Source: the human T2T-CHM13v2.0 reference genome, Homo sapiens. From it: a DNA stretch of 64,000 nucleotides. Below, in pieces: positions 57,474 through 64,000 of this stretch. How positions within the stretch are numbered: the first letter of the stretch is position 1; each line of letters begins with the position of its first letter. A program made the position numbers and the translations under genes. The notes below the pieces were generated by a model. The model was not told the DNA's origin and searched no databases. It worked only from the letters and a program-made list of their open reading frames with translations. The DNA is taken from NCBI RefSeq assembly GCF_009914755.1, contig NC_060945.1; one strand, 5' to 3'.

Positions 57474-57606
57474 AGAACAAGCTGGAGAAGAACGAGGAGG
57501 CGGCCCTGCTATCCTGGGAGATCTACCTGAAGGAGAACTACCTCCAGAACCGACAGTTCCAGCAAAAGCAGCGGCCCGAGCAGAAGATCGAGGACATCAG
57601 CAATAA
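57474..57606 (+). CDS. TRPM2: TRPM2 exon 22 (NKLEKNEE...KIEDISN)
   Basis: gacAG / GTATGG; 133 nt; gene continues past the window. Confidence 0.96.
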
Positions 57607-58564
57607 GTATGGGGGCTCCGGTGGGCCTGGGGGCGGGAAGCCTCTGGGGGACCTCCTGCAGGTCCACAGGCACCATGAGTACATGTCCCACCTGGGGAGG
57701 CCCAGCAATGCCTCACCGGTGAGGGAGCGCTGTATCCCGTGGCCCCTGCAATGCTGCAGGCATCCGGGCCTGTGCCCACAGCTGACCCAGGACCCTCTGC
57801 GGTCCTTAGGAAGGCTGGGCCCCACAGGGCGCAGGGTCAGAGGCTGGGAGGGAAGCCTTGGCGGCTGGGGGAGGGGCAGGTTGGCCCGCAGGATCCGGCT
57901 TGGAGGCCTGGGGGCATGTGCACACGGGGTCCAGGCTGGTTTGGGGGTGGTTTGCTCTGTGAGCTTGTTGGTGCACAGCCTTATTATAGCTTCTGCAGGA
58001 CCTCGGCAGCCCAGCCCTCGGGGTCAGCCATGCTCAGCACCGTCCTCCCTCTCAGCTCCTCCCATCTTGCTTCTTTCCAAGGTGCGAGGTCAGTGTTGGG
58101 GGAACATCTGCTCCCTTCTCTCCACTGCCAGGCCTTCCGCCCTGCTAGGTGTCAGCAGGGCCTAATGGCCCAGCAGCGGGCAGCAGGAAGGGCTGCCCCC
58201 AGTGTCCTGCTCTCAGTGTGCGTCTCACCATGGCATGAGAGGAGGAGGGGGAAATGGACACGGTGCCACCTAGTTATGGCCGTGTGGAGGCTCCTGCAGC
58301 CACAAACAGGAGCATCCTGGAGCTGGCAAGGGATGGCCAAGACCAGGCCAAGTGCCCTCCCCCTTAGAGACATGTATGTACTCCTGCCTTTCCATACCTC
58401 CCTCACCTTGTCTGTAAGATGGAGACACGATAGTCCCTGTCTCTTGGAGTTGTTTCCAGAATACAGTGGGGTCCTGACTGTAAAGAATTGAGCACATATG
58501 CTGGAACTATAACCAGGGATCTGCTAACGTGGCTGGTGCTTTTATCATCACCCTTACTTATGAG

Positions 58565-59171
58565 TAGTGGGGGCGGTGGTGGTGATGGTGATGATGGTGG
58601 CTGCGATGGTGATGGTGGTGGTGGTGGGGTGCTGGTGATGGTGGTGGATAGTGGTGATGGTGGTAGTGGTGATGGTGATGATGGTGATGGTAGTGGTTGT
58701 GCTGATGATGGTGGTGATGGTGGTGGTGAGGGTGATGATGGTTACGGTGGTGGTAGTGGTGGTGATGGTGGTAGTGGTGATGGTGATGATGGTGATGGTA
58801 GTGGTTGTGCTGGTTATGGTGATGGTAGTGGTGAGGATGATGGTGGTGATGGTAGTGGTAGTGATGGTGATGGTGATGGTAGTGGTGAGGGTGATGATGG
58901 TGATGGTGGTGGTAGTGATGGTGATGGTGGTAGTGGTGATGATGGTGATGGTAGTGGTTGTGCTGGTGATGGTGGTGATGGTAGTGGTGAGGATGATGGT
59001 GGTGATGGTGGTGGTTGTGCTGGTGATGGTGGTGATGGTAGTGGTGAGGGTGATGATGGTGATGGTGGTGGTAGTGATGGTGATGGTGGTGATGGTAGTG
59101 GTGAGGGTGATGATGGTGATGGTGGTGGTAGTGATGGTGATGGTGGTAGGGATGATGCTGGTGATAGTGGT
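58565..59171. repeat. (TGG/TGA)n low-complexity array, left part
   Basis: Direct reading. Confidence 0.93.
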
Positions 59172-61449
59172 TGTATTAGTCTGTTTTCATGCTGCTGATA
59201 AAGACATACCTGAGACTGGGAAGAAAAAGAGGTTTAGTGGATTCAGTGCCACATGGCTGGGGAGGCCTCACAATCATGGAAGGCAAGGAGGAACAAGTCA
59301 TGTCTTACATGGATAGTGGCAGGCAAAGAGAGAGAACTTGTGCAGGGGACCTCCTCTTTATAAAACCACTAGATCTCATGAGACTTATTCACTATATGAG
59401 AACAGCATGAGAAAGACCTGCCCCCATGATTCAATTACCTCCTAATGGGTCCTTGCCACAACATGTGGGAATTGTGGGAGATACAAGTCAAGATGAGATT
59501 TGGGTGGGGACACAGCCAAACCATATCATTCTGCTCCTGCCCCCTCCCAAATCTCATGTCCTCACATTTCAAAACTAATCATACCTTCCCAACAGTCCCC
59601 CAAAGCCTTAACTCATTTCAACATTAACCTAAAAGTCCACAGTCCAAAGTCTCATCTGAGACAAGGCAAGTCCCTTCCACCCATGAGCTGTAAAATCAAA
59701 AGCAAGCTAGTTACTTCCTAGATGCAATGGCAGTACAGGTATTGAGTAAATACATCCATTCCAAGTGGGAGAAATTAGTCAAAACAAAGGGGCTACATGG
59801 CCCATGCGAGTCCAAAATCTAGTAGGGCAGTCAGATCTTACAGCTCTACAATGATCTCTTTTGACTCTATGTCTCACATTGAAGTCACACTGATATAAGA
59901 GGTAGGCTCCCATCTTGAGCAGTTCCGCCTTTGTGGCTTTGCAGGGTACAGTCTCCCTCCAAGCTGCTTTCATGGGCTGGCATTGAGTGCCTGCAGCTTT
60001 TCCAGGTGCACAGTGCGAGCTGTCGATGGAGCTACCATTCTGGGGTCTGAAGAACAGTGGCCCTCTTCTCACAGCTCCACTAGGCAGTGCCCCAGTAGGG
60101 ACTCTGTGTGGGGACTCTGACCCCTCGTTTGCCTTCTGCACTGCCTTAGCAGAGGTTCTCCATGAGGGCCCCATCCCTGCAGTAAACTTCTGTGTGCACA
60201 CCCAGGCATTTCCATACATCCTCTGAAATCTAGGTGGAGGTTCCCAAACCTCGATTCTTGACTTCTGTGCACCTGCAGGCTCAATACCACATGGAAGTTG
60301 CCAACGCTTGGGGTTTGCACCCTCTGAAGCAACAGCCCAAGCTGCACCTTGGCCCCTTTTAGTCACAGCTGGAGTGGCTGGGATGCAGGGCACCAAGTCC
60401 CTAAACAGCATGGTGACCCTGGGGCCTGGCCCATGGGTCTTCTCTAGGCCTCTGGGCCTGTGATGGGAGGGGCTGCTGTGAAGACCTCTGACATGCCCTG
60501 GAGACATTTTCCCCATTGTCTTGGGGATTAACATTTGGCTTCTTATTATTTATGCAAATTTCTGCAGCTGGCTTGAATTTCTCCTCAGAAGATGGGATTT
60601 TCTTTTCTGTTCCATTGTCAGGCTGCAAATTTTACAAACTTTTATGTTCTGCTTCCCTTATAAAACTGAATGCCTTTAACAGCACCTAAGTCACCTCTTG
60701 AATACTTTGCTGCTTAGAAATTTCTTCTGCCAGATCCCCTAAATCATCTCTCTCTTTCAAGTTCAAAGTTCCACAAATCTCTAAGGTGGAGGCAAAATGC
60801 CACCAGTCTCTTTGCTAAAACATAACAAGAGTCACCTTTAATCCAGTTCCCAACAAGTTCCTCATCTCCTTCTGAGACCACCTCAGCCTGGACCTTATTG
60901 TTCATGTCACTATCAGCTTTTTTGTCAAAGCCATTCAACAAATCTCTAGGAAGTTCCAAACTTTCCCACATTTTCCTGTCTTCTTCTGAGCCCTCCAAAC
61001 TGTTCCAACTTCTGCCTATTACCTAGTTCCAAAGTTGCTTCCACATTTTCAGGTATCTTTTCAGTAACACCCCACTCTACTGGTACCAATTTACTGTATT
61101 AGTCCATTTTCACACTGCTGATAAAAACATACCTGAGACTGGGAAGAAAAAGAGGTTTAACGGACTCACAGTTCCACATGACTGGGGAGGCCTCACAATC
61201 ATGGCAGAGGGCAAGGAGGAGCAAGTCACATCTTACATGGATGGCGGCAGGCAAAGAGGGAGAACTTGTGAAGGAGAACTCCTCTTTATAAAACCATCAG
61301 ATCTCATGAGACTTATTCCCTACCACGAAAACAGCACAAGAAAGACCTGCCCCCAAGATTCAATTACCTCCCACTGGGCCCCTCCTATGACACGTGGGAA
61401 TTGTGAGAGTTACAATTCAAGGTGAGATTTGGGTGGGGACACAGCCAAA
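59172..61449 (-). mobile_element. THE1 (THE1B-like) MaLR element: LTR 59172-59528, internal region, LTR 61095-61449
   Basis: Two direct-repeat LTRs beginning tgtattagtc, ~1.57 kb internal region. Confidence 0.92.
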
Positions 61450-61466
61450 TTTTGTGTCCCCACCCA

Positions 61467-62675
61467 TGTGATGGTGAGGATGGTGATGGTGATGGTGATG
61501 GTGGTAATAGTAGTGGTGGTGATGGTGATGATGGTGGTGATGGTGATGATGGTGATGGTAGTGGTTGTGCTGGTAATTGTGGTGGTGGTGATGGTGGTGG
61601 TGATGGTGATGATGATGGTGATGGTAGTGGTAGTGGTGGTGATGGTGGTGACAATGGTGTTTGTGATGGTCGTGACGGTAATGGTGATGATGGTGATGAT
61701 GGTGGTGGTAGTGATAGTCATGGTGGTGGGTGATGGTGATGGTGGTAGTGGTGATGATGGTGATGGTAGTGGTCATGATGGTGGTGATGGTGGTGGTGAT
61801 GATGGTGATGATAGTGGTTGTGCTGGTAATGGTGGTGGTGATGGTAGTGGTGGTAGTGGTGATGTTGGTGATGATGGTGATGTGGTGATTGTGATGGTGG
61901 TGCTGGTGGTGATGGTAGTGATGGTGATGATGGTGATTCTGATGGCTGTAATGGAAGTGGTGGTGATGGTGGTGGTGATGGTAGTGGTGGTGATGTTGAT
62001 GGTGATGATGGCAGTGGTGGTGGTGGTGATGGTAGTGGTGATGATGTTGATGGTGATGATGGCAGTGGTGGTGGTGGTGATGGTGGTGGTGATGGTGGTA
62101 GCGGTGATGGTGGTGGTGGTGATGATGGTGATGGTAGTGGTCATGATGGTGGTGATGGTGGTGGTGATGATGATGGTGATGATAGTGGTTGTGCTGGTAA
62201 TGTTGGTGGTGGTGATGGTAGTGGTGGTAGTGGTGATGTTGGTGATGATGGTGATGTGGTGGTGGTGATTGTGATGGTGGTGGTGTTGGTGATGGTGGTA
62301 GTGATGGTGATGATGATGGTGATTCTGATGGCTGTAATGGAAGTGGTGGTGATGGTGGTGGTGATGGTAGTGGTGGTGATGTTGATGGTGATGATGGCAG
62401 TGGTGGTGGTGGTGGTGGTGATGGTAGTGGTGGTGATGTTGATGGTGATGTTGGCAGTGGTGGTGGTGGTGATGGTGGTGATGGTGCTTCTGATGGTGGT
62501 AATGGTGGTAGCGGTGATGGTGGTGGTGGTGGATGGTAATGGTGATGGTGACAGTGGTGGTAGTGATGGTAGTGGTGGTGCTGGTGCTGGTGGTGGTGAC
62601 GATGGTGGATGTGGTGGTGGTGATGATAGTGATGATGGTGATTATGATGGCAATAGTAATGACGATGGTGACAAT
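61467..62675. repeat. (TGG/TGA)n low-complexity array, right part
   Basis: Direct reading; same motif as left of THE1. Confidence 0.93.
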
Positions 62676-63679
62676 GTGAGGACCTTAATGAACTAGCTGA
62701 TGTCAAAGCCCCTTCTAGCTCCCATTCTGAGTGAACTAGATACACGTGTCCTGTTTGCTTGAGTCTGGGCATGATGACTTCCAGTTGAGCCCTTGGCATG
62801 CTCTTTGCCTAGAACAGTCTTCTCCCAGAGAGAGTCAGGACTTGCTGTCTCTCTCTATTCAAGCCTCACTTCATTGGAGGGCCTTTCCTGCCCTCCACCC
62901 ACCCTGTCCCCATCCCCTGTCGTTCTGGAATCTGGATGTTGGTTGGTTGGCTGGTGGGTTTGTGGGTTGTGTCATGTCTAACTGCCAGGCTCCATGTGAG
63001 AGTAGGGACAGAGTCCCACATGTTCCCCATAGTATCCTGGGATGTAGAGCAGGCCCAGTGCCTAGAAGGCACTGAGGAAATCCTATGCAATTCTGGAACT
63101 GCTGTTAGTTCCTGGCCTGGCAGGGTTGCAGGAGGCTGGGGTCGCTGGTCTCCAGGCCTGCTCAGCCCTGACGTTTGGCTCTGATGGTCCACTTACAGAG
63201 GAGGGGGGCCTGGGGCCATGCAGTGCCCTGACAACCTTCTCTTACTTGCTGTCGCCAAGTACAGCTTTGATGGATGGCCTCGTCTGGGACTTTGAGCAGT
63301 GGCCATGCCCAGGGCCCAGATGCTGGGGGAAGGTGCTTGGGAGAGTTTCTGAAAGGCGGCCTCTGCATGTCAGGATGAAGCTGGAAGGCCACAGCTCTGC
63401 TGATGACCAACATAGTCAGGGCTGGAATATGATGGCTGGCATGTGTTAAGGGCTCATTGAGGACCACACCCTTCACCTGCATCATCTCGCTCAACCCTTT
63501 TGCAGAGGGAGGTATTTTTCCTTCCACTTTTACCCATGAGGAAGTGGAGGCCCAGGAAAGTGAGAGAGGTGGCTCAGCTTCCACCACTGGCCAGCGGTGT
63601 GGCCTGGAATGCAGGCCCCAGCAACTTTGCAGCCTCCTGCCTTAAGGGAGTGGGCTGGACCCCAAATGAATCAGTCCCA

Positions 63680-63990
<311 letters not shown>

Positions 63991-64000
63991 TCAGCTCCTG

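Noticed and set aside
59245-59270. THE1 PRDM9 hotspot motif
   Set aside because: Reads CCTCCCCAGCCAT on the - strand, not CCTCCCTAGCCAC
58488-62799. Poly-His, Val/Met and Gly/Asp ORFs
   Set aside because: Trinucleotide low-complexity sequence

Overview
Primate, almost certainly human, genomic DNA covering the middle of TRPM2 (ADP-ribose/Ca2+-gated TRPM channel, chr21q22.3) on the + strand. Twenty GT-AG-bounded coding exons (exons 3-22 in the usual 32-exon numbering) splice into one frame encoding about G85-K1154: MHR1-4, S1-S6 with the pore, the TRP helix and the start of the C-terminal helices. The NUDT9-H domain lies beyond the window. Introns are rich in Alus, old L1s, mostly antisense LTR elements (including LTR-int-LTR MLT1 and THE1 elements) and long tandem repeats. 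I found no new protein-coding system; the long ORFs in the track are repeat translations. The most interesting signals are: (1) a CAG-TAG tandem acceptor that inserts a stop codon (TRPM2-S); (2) a triplicated acceptor at exon 7; (3) direct repeats suggesting TRPM2-deltaN is an RT artefact; (4) the Glu543 allele; (5) an E-box VNTR beside exon 21; (6) a 3 kb polypyrimidine tract; (7) an LTR layout that could shape the antisense transcript; (8) several repair/retrotransposition scars. Gene, isoform and repeat-family names come from recall, not database searches.
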